Assembly: GCA_044220955.1 (NCBI GenBank)
Contig: JBGAQA010000001.1
Coordinates: forward strand, 158,777 to 222,776
Origin: Sandaracinaceae bacterium
GTDB lineage: Bacteria; Myxococcota_A; Polyangia; Polyangiales; Sandaracinaceae
Length of the DNA: 64,000 bases
Direction of reading: 5' to 3'
A program made the translations under genes and the position numbers. The notes below the pieces were generated by a model. That model was not told where the DNA came from. It saw only the letters and a program-made list of their open reading frames with translations, and did not search any database. Every line of letters begins with the position of its first letter. Position 1 is the first letter of the stretch. Of the stretch, positions 1 through 10,830 are shown piece by piece.

Positions 1-20
1 CGGCGCCACGGCCGGGCCCC

Positions 21-1013
21 TCAAGGCCATGCACGCCACCATGCGAGCAGCTCCACGCGATTGCTCGTGCCCGTCCGCTCGTAGAGGCGCTCGAGCATCG
101 TCTTCACCGACGACGGGGCGTTGCCCATCGCCGATGCGATCGCCGCGTTCGTCAGCCCGCGCGCGAGCAGGCGCAGGAGCTCGCGCTGACGCTCGGTGAG
201 CTCGATCGGTGCTTCGGCGAACCCCTGGCCGTCGAGCACGGCCAGGAACGCGATCGCGCGCCCCTCCGTGCAGGGCGAGACGTGGATGACCCGCTCGCGC
301 GCGCGCAGGACCGTGCTTGGTCGCGGCATCGTGGCCACGGCCTGTCGGAGGACGTCCGGCAGATCGCGATCGCGCCGCAGGACCTCGAACGCCGCGCGCG
401 AGGCGTCGACGACCCGGCCGCGCGCGTCGAGCGCGATGACGGCCTCGTCGCTGGCGTCGAGCATGCGCATCAGCGGCGAGCGCTCCGACGAGGCGGCGAC
501 GAGCGCCGCGACACGCAGCGGCACCACGAGCGCCGCGCCGGTGTCGCGCAGGCGCGTGCGCTCCTCCTCGCCGAACTCCGTGCCCTCCGGGATCGCGACG
601 CCGACGAGCGCGACCTGCCGCTCGCCGGCGCAGATGGCCACACGGCCCTGCTCCAGGACGCCGAAGCGGCGCGTGAGAGGATAGAGCGTGCTCTTGCGCC
701 AGCTCTCGTGGGTCGCGATGCCCTCGCGAAACGGCTCGACCCAGCGGTTGCGCTGGGCCTCGGGCACGTCCGTGACGTCGTAGGCCGACGTGCGGACGTA
801 CGCGAGATGCGGCACCTCGAGCGGCACGAACGCGCCACGCTCGAGGACGCGCATCAGGCCCTGCCGCTCCGAGTGCGGCCCGCGCGCGGTGAAGCCGAGG
901 GCGACGCCGCGACCGCAGGCCTCGTGCATCGCGCGCACCGCGAGCTCGAGCACGCGCGCCTCGTCGGTGAGGAGGGAGACGGCGCTCGTCAGCTGCGCCA
1001 GCGCGTCGGCCAT
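21..1013 (-). CDS. LuxR-family HTH transcriptional regulator
   Basis: C-terminal LTERQRELLRLLARGLTNAAIASAMG...SVKTMLERLYERTG..NRVEL is a LuxR HTH; start taken at MADALAQL. Confidence 0.85.
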   Translation of the reverse strand: MADALAQLTSAVSLLTDEARVLELAVRAMHEACGRGVALGFTARGPHSERQGLMRVLERGAFVPLEVPHLAYVRTSAYDVTDVPEAQRNRWVEPFREGIATHESWRKSTLYPLTRRFGVLEQGRVAICAGERQVALVGVAIPEGTEFGEEERTRLRDTGAALVVPLRVAALVAASSERSPLMRMLDASDEAVIALDARGRVVDASRAAFEVLRRDRDLPDVLRQAVATMPRPSTVLRARERVIHVSPCTEGRAIAFLAVLDGQGFAEAPIELTERQRELLRLLARGLTNAAIASAMGNAPSSVKTMLERLYERTGTSNRVELLAWWRAWP

Positions 1014-1023
1014 GCGACCGACT

Positions 1024-1251
1024 CTACGCGCTCGCGAGCCGGTCGCGCAGCGCCTCGAATCCGCCGACGAGCTCGTCACCGAAGAAGACCTGCGGCACCG
1101 TCTTGCGACCGGTCCGCGCCACGAGCGCGTCGCGCGCCGCCTCGCTGGACGCGTCGCGCTCCTCGTACGCGATTCCCTTCGTGCGCAGCAGCCACTTCGC
1201 GCGGATGCACCAGATGCAGAACGAGCGCGTGTAGATCGTCACGTTGTCCAT
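1024..1251 (-). CDS. Glutaredoxin (Grx3-like)
   Basis: VTIYT..CIWC..AK.LL...G; TGRKTVPQVF; VGGF. Confidence 0.85.
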   Translation of the reverse strand: MDNVTIYTRSFCIWCIRAKWLLRTKGIAYEERDASSEAARDALVARTGRKTVPQVFFGDELVGGFEALRDRLASA

Positions 1252-1319
1252 GCGCCCACGATGGCGGCGCGCGCAGGATCGGGCGATCCGCCGATCGGCG
1301 GACACGCGCGCCCGTCGAG

Positions 1320-1808
1320 TCAAGGGAAGGCGAGGCAGCCGCCGGTGCAGCCCGGCTCGCCAGGGCTGCAGGTCGGCATGCACTGGTTCGTGCAGCCGGG
1401 GATCCCGCACGGGTAGCAGCAGCTGAGGCCCGAGCCGCAGTCGCTGGTCGCGGCGCAGGGGTCGCCGGACGTGCCCGTGCCGCGCGGCGCCCAGCAGCCG
1501 CCCTCGCAGACGTAGCTGCCCATCTCCGTGCCATCCCCGCAGGGGCAGCACCCGCAAGGCGCATCGCAAGCGGCTCCGCAGATCGGCGGCGCGCCGCAGC
1601 CGATCGTCGAGCAGTCGATGCCGGCGTCCACGTCGGAGGCCGCGTCGAGGCCCGGCGTCGCGTCCGCGCCCGCGTCCGGCCGGACGTCGGCGTCGTTGCC
1701 TCCGCCGCCCGCGTCGGCGCCCCCGTCGGCGGGCGTCGTGGAGGCGCGGCAGCCGATCGCGAGGACGAGAGAGGTGGCGACGCACAGCACGACGGCATTT
1801 CGCGGCAT
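1320..1808 (-). CDS. Small Cys-rich lipoprotein
   Basis: Lipobox LAIGC, DAG-rich linker, Cys-rich C-terminus. Confidence 0.7.
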   Translation of the reverse strand: MPRNAVVLCVATSLVLAIGCRASTTPADGGADAGGGGNDADVRPDAGADATPGLDAASDVDAGIDCSTIGCGAPPICGAACDAPCGCCPCGDGTEMGSYVCEGGCWAPRGTGTSGDPCAATSDCGSGLSCCYPCGIPGCTNQCMPTCSPGEPGCTGGCLAFP

Positions 1809-1873
1809 GCCGCGGTGCAAGCACGGAGCGGGCCCGCGCGAACGTGCCGTCCCGTGCCACGGGCGAGCCGCGG

Positions 1874-3412
1874 TCAGGCGCCCACGCTCGACTCCGGCTC
1901 GTCGGACGGCCCCTCGCGGCGCAGGGTGATCGTGACCTCGGCGCCGCCGAGGGCGGACGAGTCCCCGAGGGCGAGGGTGCCACCGTGATCGGAGACGATG
2001 CGGTCGACGATCGCGAGGCCGAGCCCGGTGCCGTGCGACTTGGTCGTGTAGTACGGCTCGAGCACCGCGGCGCGCGCGTCGGCCGGGATGCCGGGGCCGT
2101 TGTCGGCGACGACGATGCGCACGCCGTCGTTCTCGGCGCGCTCGAGCCGGACGATCACGCGACCGCCCGTGTCGCCCTGCTTCTCGCGCGCGGCGTCGCA
2201 CGCGTTCTGCACGAGGTTCACGAGCACCTGCGTGAGCTGCTCGCGGTCGGCGCGCACGCTCGAGAGCTTCGGCTCGGCCGCGACGAGCTCCACGCGCACG
2301 CCCTTGGCCGCCTCGGGCAGCGTCGCCGCGGCCGCCGGCAGGTCGTGCATGGAGACGACACGCAGGACCACGTCGGTGACGTCGAGCGACTCGGCCTTCG
2401 GCCGCGGCATGCGGGCGAAGCGCGAGAACTCCGTCACGATGTGCTCGAGGCGCGCCGTCTCTTCGAGCACGGTCTTGGTGGACTCCTCGAAGATCTCGTC
2501 GAAGTCGGGGTGCCTGCGCGCGTGCGTCTTGCGCAGCGTCTCCATCGCCATCTTGATCGGCGTGAGCGGGTTCTTGATCTCGTGAGCGATCCGCCGTGCG
2601 ATGTCGCGCCAGGCTGCGATGCGCTCGGCGCGCGCGAGCCGCGTCCGCGCGTCCTTGAGCTCGCGCGTCATGCGGTTGAAGGCCGACGCCGTGGGGCTCG
2701 ACCCGTCGAGGGTCACGTCGAGATCGCCCTCGCCCACCCGGCGCGCGGCGGCCTCGAGCTTCGCATCGGCGCGTGGACCTCCGCCGCCCGCCGCGAAGAA
2801 GCCGACGAGCGCGGCCAGCAGGCCTGCGAGGCCCGCGAAGAGGAGCGTCTGTCGGCGGGGCTCGGGCGAAACACGCTCGACCGGAGCCCAGGTGACGATC
2901 TCCGGCCCGGTCGCCCCACGGCGCACCGCCTGGCGCCGCGCGTCGTCGGGGATCGGCGTCGCGTCCTCGTTGCCGACGAGCGCCACGTGTCCGATGGGCG
3001 CGACCTCCTCTTCGAACGACCCGAACGCCCACCGGCGCTGGACGATCCGGCCGTCCGCACACGCATGTGTGATGGTGACGCACGGCCCCTCGATCATGTG
3101 CACCACGCACGAGGTCGAGACGAGCTCGTCGTAGGGACCCTCGGCGCCCGCGCTCTCCGCGCGCCACTCGGCATACTCGGGATAGGGGAAGGGCTGCGCC
3201 TGCGCGTCCGCGCAGGCCGAGCCGAGACGCCGCGTCGTCTCCGACACGACGCGGCCGAGCAGCGTATCGAGCCGGGTCGCTCGTTCGTCGACCGCCGAGT
3301 CCGCGCGCTCGACGGCCGCGGCGCGCTCTGCATCCACATGGAGTCGCGCCGGGACGGCGACGGCGCCTGCCGCGACGAGTGCCGAGCAGAGCGCGAAGAG
3401 GGCGCGCCTCAT
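1874..3412 (-). CDS. HAMP-domain sensor histidine kinase (NtrY-like)
   Basis: H-box RRIAHEIKNPLTPI, N-box NLVQNA, DNGPGI, GTGLGL; two TM segments and HAMP. Confidence 0.9.
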   Translation of the reverse strand: MRRALFALCSALVAAGAVAVPARLHVDAERAAAVERADSAVDERATRLDTLLGRVVSETTRRLGSACADAQAQPFPYPEYAEWRAESAGAEGPYDELVSTSCVVHMIEGPCVTITHACADGRIVQRRWAFGSFEEEVAPIGHVALVGNEDATPIPDDARRQAVRRGATGPEIVTWAPVERVSPEPRRQTLLFAGLAGLLAALVGFFAAGGGGPRADAKLEAAARRVGEGDLDVTLDGSSPTASAFNRMTRELKDARTRLARAERIAAWRDIARRIAHEIKNPLTPIKMAMETLRKTHARRHPDFDEIFEESTKTVLEETARLEHIVTEFSRFARMPRPKAESLDVTDVVLRVVSMHDLPAAAATLPEAAKGVRVELVAAEPKLSSVRADREQLTQVLVNLVQNACDAAREKQGDTGGRVIVRLERAENDGVRIVVADNGPGIPADARAAVLEPYYTTKSHGTGLGLAIVDRIVSDHGGTLALGDSSALGGAEVTITLRREGPSDEPESSVGA

Positions 3413-3451
3413 CGTATTGACCAGCTGACCAGGCAGGCGCACGCTGCCCCC

Positions 3452-3700
3452 ATGACGAAGGCACGGCGCGTCGGTGTGCTCGAAGCGAAGACGCACCTCT
3501 CCCGGCTGCTCCGTGACGTGGAGAACGGCGCCGACGTCATCCTCCTGCGCGCGGGCAAGCCTGTCGCTCGCATCACGCGGCTCGAGCGCGCACGCAAGCC
3601 CAAGAGCTCGTACGGGATGTTCCGGGGGAAGATCGAGATGAGAGACGACTTCGACGCCGAGAGCGACGAGCTCGCCGACCTCTTCGGCATCCCGCGATGA
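3452..3700 (+). CDS. Phd/YefM-family antitoxin
   Basis: EAKTHLSRLLRDVENG..V.L.RAGKPVA; ATGA overlap with PIN toxin gene. Confidence 0.9.
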   Translation: MTKARRVGVLEAKTHLSRLLRDVENGADVILLRAGKPVARITRLERARKPKSSYGMFRGKIEMRDDFDAESDELADLFGIPR

Positions 3701-4068
3701 GGCTGCTGCTCGACACCCACGCGGTGCTCTGGTGGCTCGCCGGCAGCGCACGGCTGGGGACGCGCGCACGGACCGCCATCGAGCGAGCGGGCCCCGGCGC
3801 GCTCGTGAGCGCGGCCAGCGTGTGGGAGGCGGCGATCAAACGAGCTGCCGGGAAGCTCGAGTCGCCCGATCTGGCCGACGCCGCTGCGGCCGCCGGGCTC
3901 ACGTTCATCCCCATCGACGAGCACCACGCGAAGCTCGCCGGCGCGCTCCCGCCGATCCATCGGGATCCCTTCGACCGCATGCTCGTCGCGCAGGCGATGG
4001 TCGAGGACCTCACGCTCGTGACGGCCGATCCGCACATCCCGAAGTACGACGTGCGCGTTCTCTGGTGA
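3697..4068 (+). CDS. vapC: VapC/PIN-domain toxin
   Basis: LLLDTHAVLW, SAASVWE, HRDPFDRMLVAQA, LVTAD. Confidence 0.9.
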   Translation: MRLLLDTHAVLWWLAGSARLGTRARTAIERAGPGALVSAASVWEAAIKRAAGKLESPDLADAAAAAGLTFIPIDEHHAKLAGALPPIHRDPFDRMLVAQAMVEDLTLVTADPHIPKYDVRVLW

Positions 4069-4073
4069 GCGCA

Positions 4074-6528
4074 TCACGGGGTCGTCCCCGCGTCCTGGCC
4101 CGCCTCTTCGGCCTCTTCTTCCTCGAACTGCTGCATCAGGAACGCGCTCGGATCGAGCACGCCGGCCTCGCGGGCCGTCTCGGTCGGCTGCGTGCCCTCG
4201 ACGAAGACCTCGTCCATGGCGTCGGCCTGGCCCTCGTACGCGAGCAGGCCACTGGCCGGATCGATGCTCGCGTGCACGACGCCCGGCGGCTCGGGGAACG
4301 CGACGGCCGGGCGGCCTTCCGTCGCGTGGCGCACCACGTCGATCCAGATCGGCAGCGCAGATCTCGCGCCGCTCTCGCGCCGTCCGAGCGCTCGCATGTC
4401 GTCGAAGCCGACCCACACGACCGCCACGGTGTCCGGCGTGTAGCCGGCGAACCACGCGTCGCGCGCCGAGTTGCTGGTGCCCGTCTTGCCGGCGATCGGG
4501 CGGTGGAGCGTCTGCGCGGCGACGGCGGTGCCGCTCGTGACGACGCTCGTGAGCATGCTCGTGAGCACGTAGGCCTCGGCCGCCGTCATCGGCTCGCGCG
4601 GCGCCTCCGCCTCGGGCAGCGCGATCGGATCGCCCGCCGCGTCCTCGATCGCGGTGATGATGCGGTAGGGCGCCCATTGCCCGCCTGCCGCGAACGTCGC
4701 GTACGCGTTGCAGAGCTCGATGGGGCGCACCTCGCTCGCCCCGAGCGCGAGCGCGAGCGAGGGATCGAGCGCGCTCGTGATGCCGAGCTGCTCTGCGAAG
4801 GGGACCACCGCCTCCGGCGTGACGTCCTCGATCACCCGCACCGCGACCTGGTTCACGCGAGTTCGCGAGCGCGTCGCGAAGCCGCATCTGCCCGTGGTAC
4901 TCCCACGTCTCGAAGTTGTGCGGCTGCCACTGGTCGTAGACGCCGGGCGCGTCGACGACGATCGAGGCGGGCGTGTACCGACGTGCGTGGATCGCGTAGC
5001 CGTAGACGATCGGCTTGAACGTGGAGCCCGGCTGGCGCAGCGCGCGCGTCGCGCGATCGAAGCCGGCGCCTGCCTCGTAGGCGCCGATGAGCGCGCGCAC
5101 CTCGCGCGTGCGCGGATCGATCACGACGGCGGCCCCCTCCGGCCCGAGCTCGAGGCGCGCCCGCGCGTGGGCGCCCTCCTCTCCCTCGTCGGGGATCGAG
5201 AGGATCGAGACGCGCAGGCGCGCCCCGTCGTCGACGAACGTGGTGGGCGTGGACTCGGCCGCCGTGTAGCGCCCGAGCTCGCCCATCGAAGCGACGGCCG
5301 TGTGACCGCCGACGTCGAGCGTGATCGTGCGGGCCTCGTCGTCGCGACCGGTCACGGACGCGTCGTACGTCGCGCCGACGTGCAGCGTCTCCACGTGCGG
5401 CAGGGGCGGCAGCGTCCGCTGCCCGCGCGCGGGACGCGAGCGTCGGAAGGGCGGCGCGATGGACTGCCTCTCGTCGTACGCGCGCAGGCCGTCCTGCAGC
5501 GCCGTGCGCGCCGCGGTCTGGAGGTCGGCGTCGATGGACGTGTGTACGACGTAGCCGCCCTGGTGCGCCGCCGTCTCGCCCACGAGCTCGCCGAGCGTGT
5601 GCCGCGCGATCTCGACCACCTCCGGCGCCGCCTCGCGCGTCTCCGGCAGCGGCGCGAGCTCGACGTGCGCCTCGCGCGCCGCCTCGATGTCCTCGAGGCT
5701 GAGATCGGGCCAGTACTCGTCGCGCTTCTGCTCGAGCTGATCGAGCACGAAGCGCTGCCGCCGCCGCGCCGCCTCCGGGTGCGTCCGCGGCGAGAGGTGC
5801 GTGGGGGACTGCGGGATGCCGGCCATCAGCGAGGCCTGCGCGAGGGTCAGCTCGCTGACGTCGCAGCCGAAGTAGTAGCGCGCCGCCTCCTGCACTCCGT
5901 AGCGGCCGTGCCCGAAGTTGATGTGGTTGAGGTAGAGCCCGAGGATCTCGTCCTTGGTGAACTCCTGCTCGAGCTGCCGCGCGAGGATGAGCTCGCGGAC
6001 CTTGCGGCCGAAGGAGCGTTCCGGCGTGAGCAGGAGGTTCTTCACCACCTGCTGCGTGATCGTGCTCGTCCCCCGGAAGTCGCCGCCGCTGAGCACGCCC
6101 ATCACGACGGCGCGCAGCAGCCCCGGGTAGTCGAGCCCCTCGTGGCGGTAGAAGTCGGCGTCCTCCGCGGCGAGCACGGAGAGCACGAGGACGCGCGGGA
6201 TGCGGTCGAGCGGCACCACCGTGCGGCGCTCGGTGAAGATCTCGCCGAGCACCTCGCCGTCGCGATCGAGCACGCGCGTGATCTGGGGCTCGTGCAGCGA
6301 GCGCAGCGAGCGAACGTCGGGGAGGTCTTGCCCGTAGTACGCGACGAGACCGAAGGCGCCGCCGGCGGCGAGCAGGGCCAGGACCGCGAGCGCGACGAGC
6401 GCGCGCACCACCCACCGCCCCCAGCCGGGCCCCTTGCGCGTCGAGCGCCCGCCGCGCGGGCGGCGGACGTCCCCGATCGACGAGCGCGTCGAGAGGCTCG
6501 TTCTGCCGCTCTTTTCGCGCGACGCCAT
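4074..6528 (-). pseudogene. PBP1A-family bifunctional penicillin-binding protein, frameshifted near 4857 (real lesion or sequencing error)
   Basis: Transglycosylase motifs EDADFY.H.G and GTSTITQQVVK plus RQPGSTFK in frame 3409..6528; VN..., KTGT and DAWFAG continue in frame 4074..4856. Confidence 0.8.
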
Positions 6529-6606
6529 GGTCCGGGCCGAAGCTACAACGTGCGGAGGGGCGAGGCACCTTCCCCGCGGCGCGCGGAAATCGCTATGGTT
6601 CGCGCG

Positions 6607-7251
6607 GTGAGCTACCGGGACGACGGCGATGCGCTGCGGAGCCGCGTGGACGCGCTCGAGGAGCAGCTCGCGCGCTCCGAGCGAGAGGCCGCGCAGCTTC
6701 GGGTCGATCGCGATCGCGCGCTCGCCGCGGCGGCGAGCCCGCCCCCCTCACCGGGCGCGGCGCGGTACGGACCCGCCACGAAGGTCTTCGTCCTCTGGGG
6801 CGGGAAGTGGTGGCCCGCGACGGTGCTCCACGAGACCGGCGCCGGCCTCTACCGCATCCACTACGACGGCTGGTCGTCGAAGTGGGACGAGACCGTCGGG
6901 GCCGATCGGATCGCGCCGGCAGATCGGCCGCCCCCGGGCCCGCGCGCGGGGGGCGGGCCGACGCTCGCGGTCCTCATCGCCCTGCTCCTGGTCCTGGCGC
7001 TCCTCGCGATCGGGGTCTGGCTCGCGGCCGCGAGCCGCGCGCCTCGGTCCGTTCCCGCGTCGCCCCCCGGAGCGGCGGTCGCGTCGGCCGGCAGCCTGGC
7101 GCCGGGCGACGCCGTCTGGATCGACTGGAACGGGATCTGGTACGAGGGCGTCGTCGTGTCGGTGTCCGATCCCACGATCCGGGTGCACTACGCCGCGTAC
7201 GCCGACGCATACGACGAGGACGTGCCCCTCGAGAGGGTGCGCGCGCGATGA
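6607..7251 (+). CDS. Membrane protein with two Tudor/Agenet-like domains
   Basis: Repeated W.G.W(W/Y)...V......(I/V)HY.....(W/Y)DE.V units either side of a TM helix; N-terminal coiled coil. Confidence 0.65.
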   Translation: MSYRDDGDALRSRVDALEEQLARSEREAAQLRVDRDRALAAAASPPPSPGAARYGPATKVFVLWGGKWWPATVLHETGAGLYRIHYDGWSSKWDETVGADRIAPADRPPPGPRAGGGPTLAVLIALLLVLALLAIGVWLAAASRAPRSVPASPPGAAVASAGSLAPGDAVWIDWNGIWYEGVVVSVSDPTIRVHYAAYADAYDEDVPLERVRAR

Positions 7252-7526
7252 CGCTCGCCCCGGCGCACGGCGCGCGCTTCGAGCTCGCGCGCGAGACCAC
7301 GTCCTCGGCGGGCGCCGTCTACCGCGTGTCGGTGCTCGACGCGCAGGCGCGCCACGAGGCGAGGGTCTCGCTCGAGGCGGCATCGCTCGAGATGCGCTGG
7401 GTGAGCGAGCCGCCGCCCTGGATCGCCGAGACGGTCCATGGGTTCGTGAAGATCCTGCAGAAGAACCACGCGCACGACGGGTCGTGGCCGGCGCGGCTCG
7501 TGCGCTGGCGTAGCGAGCGGACGTAG
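7248..7526 (+). CDS. Hypothetical protein
   Basis: ATGA overlap with upstream gene; protein-like composition. Confidence 0.55.
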   Translation: MTLAPAHGARFELARETTSSAGAVYRVSVLDAQARHEARVSLEAASLEMRWVSEPPPWIAETVHGFVKILQKNHAHDGSWPARLVRWRSERT

Positions 7527-7530
7527 CGAG

Positions 7531-8988
<1,458 letters not shown>

Positions 8989-9009
8989 GGCGCGGGCGAA
9001 CCTATCCGC

Positions 9010-9537
9010 TCAGCGCTTCCACTTCACGCTGCAGCCCATCGCGGGGTGGACGGTGAAGTCGATCGCTTTGCCTGCGAGCGCGAGATCGATCGCGCGCGCG
9101 AGGTCGCGCGACGTGACCTTGGACGGATCGCGGGAAGCGTCGTCGATGCGTCCCGCGTAGACGAGCTTGCGCGACGCGTCGAAGAGGAAGGGATCCGGCG
9201 TACACTTCGCGTCGAGCGCGCGCGCGACCTCCTGCGACTCGTCGCGCAGGTAGGGAAACGGAAAGCCCCGCTCCTGCGCGCGCACCTTCATCGCGTCGAG
9301 CGAGTCGCCCGGGTGCGTCGTGGCGTCGTTGGGGTTGATCGCCACGAGCGCCACGCGCCCGGCGTACTGCTTCGCGAGCGCGACCAGGCGCTCCTCGTAC
9401 GCGATCGAGACCGGGCAGTGGTTACAGGTCACCACCAGCAAGAGCAGCGGCTCGCGGAAGTCGGCGCTGGACCACGTGCGGCCGTCCACACCGGGGAGGG
9501 AGAACGAAGGTGCAGGCGAGCCGAGGGGGAGCTCCAT
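9010..9537 (-). CDS. Thioredoxin-family (AhpC/TSA-like) protein
   Basis: TCNHCP, AINPND, FPYLRDESQ, YAGRIDD, GCSVKW. Confidence 0.88.
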   Translation of the reverse strand: MELPLGSPAPSFSLPGVDGRTWSSADFREPLLLLVVTCNHCPVSIAYEERLVALAKQYAGRVALVAINPNDATTHPGDSLDAMKVRAQERGFPFPYLRDESQEVARALDAKCTPDPFLFDASRKLVYAGRIDDASRDPSKVTSRDLARAIDLALAGKAIDFTVHPAMGCSVKWKR

Positions 9538-9607
9538 GCGCCGAGCTTCGGTTCGACCCCCTCGCGACGCAAGGGGAACGACGGTCCGCTCGGAGGCTGT
9601 ACCGGGA

Positions 9608-9746
9608 GTCGACGGCCGCCGCGGGCATGACGAGGCCGGTGCGCGCGACGAGCGGCGTGCCTCGCGAGGCGAGCGGTAGCGAGCCGAGTCGGTAGACGCA
9701 TCCGGCTCTGCCGGTGCGTCGAGGGGGCGGCTCACGCCCACTGAAA
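9608..9746. repeat. Dispersed structured intergenic repeat, copy A
   Basis: Aligns with 28956-29104; two hairpins at 9695-9720 and 9725-9739. Confidence 0.8.
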
Positions 9747-9747
9747 T

Positions 9748-10734
9748 TCAGAGCGCGGGGCGGCCGAACCCGCAGACGCCGGCGGCGGAGCAAGCGGGCT
9801 CGGGCGGGCGCGCGCAGGGACGCGCCGGGCAGACGTCGATGCCGTGCGTCGCGGCGCAGAAGAGGTTCCACGACGCCTGGTTCGCGGCCGCCGCGCTCGC
9901 GAGCGCCGGAGAGGGGCAGCCGGGGCAGTAGCAGTCCGCCTCGCTCGTGACGGGCGTGGGGTAGAACGTCAGCGCGCACTCCGCGTCGCTCGAGCAGGTC
10001 GTCGGCGCCGGCAGCGCGGGGAAGAACACCTGCGTGGCCACGATGCTCACCGCGCCGGTGCGCCGGTTGCGCACGTTGTGGCCGGTCGCGATCAGGCCCT
10101 GGCCCGCGAGCGCCGTGCCCACCGCGTCGCGCTGTGCGTCGGTGAGACCGGCCGCTCCGAGATCGAGGTCCGAGAGCATGCGCTCGAGCGTCGAGTTGAG
10201 CTTCTGCTCGTGGATCGAGAAGCAAGGCGCGCGCACGCAGCGGATGCCCGCGTCCTCGAGCGCGTAGAACACTCCGTCGGCCACGCCGTCGTTGGCAGCG
10301 ACCCAGCCGCGCTCGGCGTGCATCACGGCGTACGTGAGCGTCCCGTTCGTCTCCGTGCGGATCGTCCCCTCGATCACCGCGCGGCCGCTCGCGAACGACG
10401 AGGACAGCGCGCTCGCCTCGTCCGCCGACAGGCCGATCGCGGACGCGTCGAGCTGCGCGACGTAGCACTCGCTCGCGCTGCTGCCATCGGCGCACCGGGT
10501 GGTCGTGCGGTTCGCGCGGCTCACCCAGAGCCCACCGCAGAAGGGCCAGGCGCAGCGCCGGAAGTCCTGGCGCGCGATGAAGTGCGTGGCGCTCGAGGCG
10601 GCGGAGTCGGCGGCGCCGAGCGCCACGTCGTTGCCGCTCTCGGCCGAGTCGTCCAACCACTCCGGCGCATCGGAAGCGCATCCGGAGACGGTCAGGGCGA
10701 CGAGGGCAGCGAGAAAGAGGCGTGACGGGGTCAT
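9748..10734 (-). CDS. Lipoprotein, DUF6748-like, with Cys-rich tail
   Basis: Lipobox VSGC; RQDFRRCAWPFCGG, TRCADG....CYV, GIRCVRAPC. Confidence 0.7.
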   Translation of the reverse strand: MTPSRLFLAALVALTVSGCASDAPEWLDDSAESGNDVALGAADSAASSATHFIARQDFRRCAWPFCGGLWVSRANRTTTRCADGSSASECYVAQLDASAIGLSADEASALSSSFASGRAVIEGTIRTETNGTLTYAVMHAERGWVAANDGVADGVFYALEDAGIRCVRAPCFSIHEQKLNSTLERMLSDLDLGAAGLTDAQRDAVGTALAGQGLIATGHNVRNRRTGAVSIVATQVFFPALPAPTTCSSDAECALTFYPTPVTSEADCYCPGCPSPALASAAAANQASWNLFCAATHGIDVCPARPCARPPEPACSAAGVCGFGRPAL

Positions 10735-10830
10735 GTGCGTGCTCCGGGCCAATTGGCGGTCTCTTCGTACCCGCACCTACCATGTGGTCAAGACGAATTC
10801 GGCGAGCGCACGGGGTAGAGTCCCTGGCGT

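Noticed and set aside
3452..4068. The TA pairs (here and 48704-49355) as a novel system
   Set aside because: Ordinary type II antitoxin-PIN modules
3409..4856. C-terminal part of the 1039-aa ORF as a real PBP extension
   Set aside because: Out-of-frame read-through after the 4857 frameshift; it overlaps the TA genes antisense
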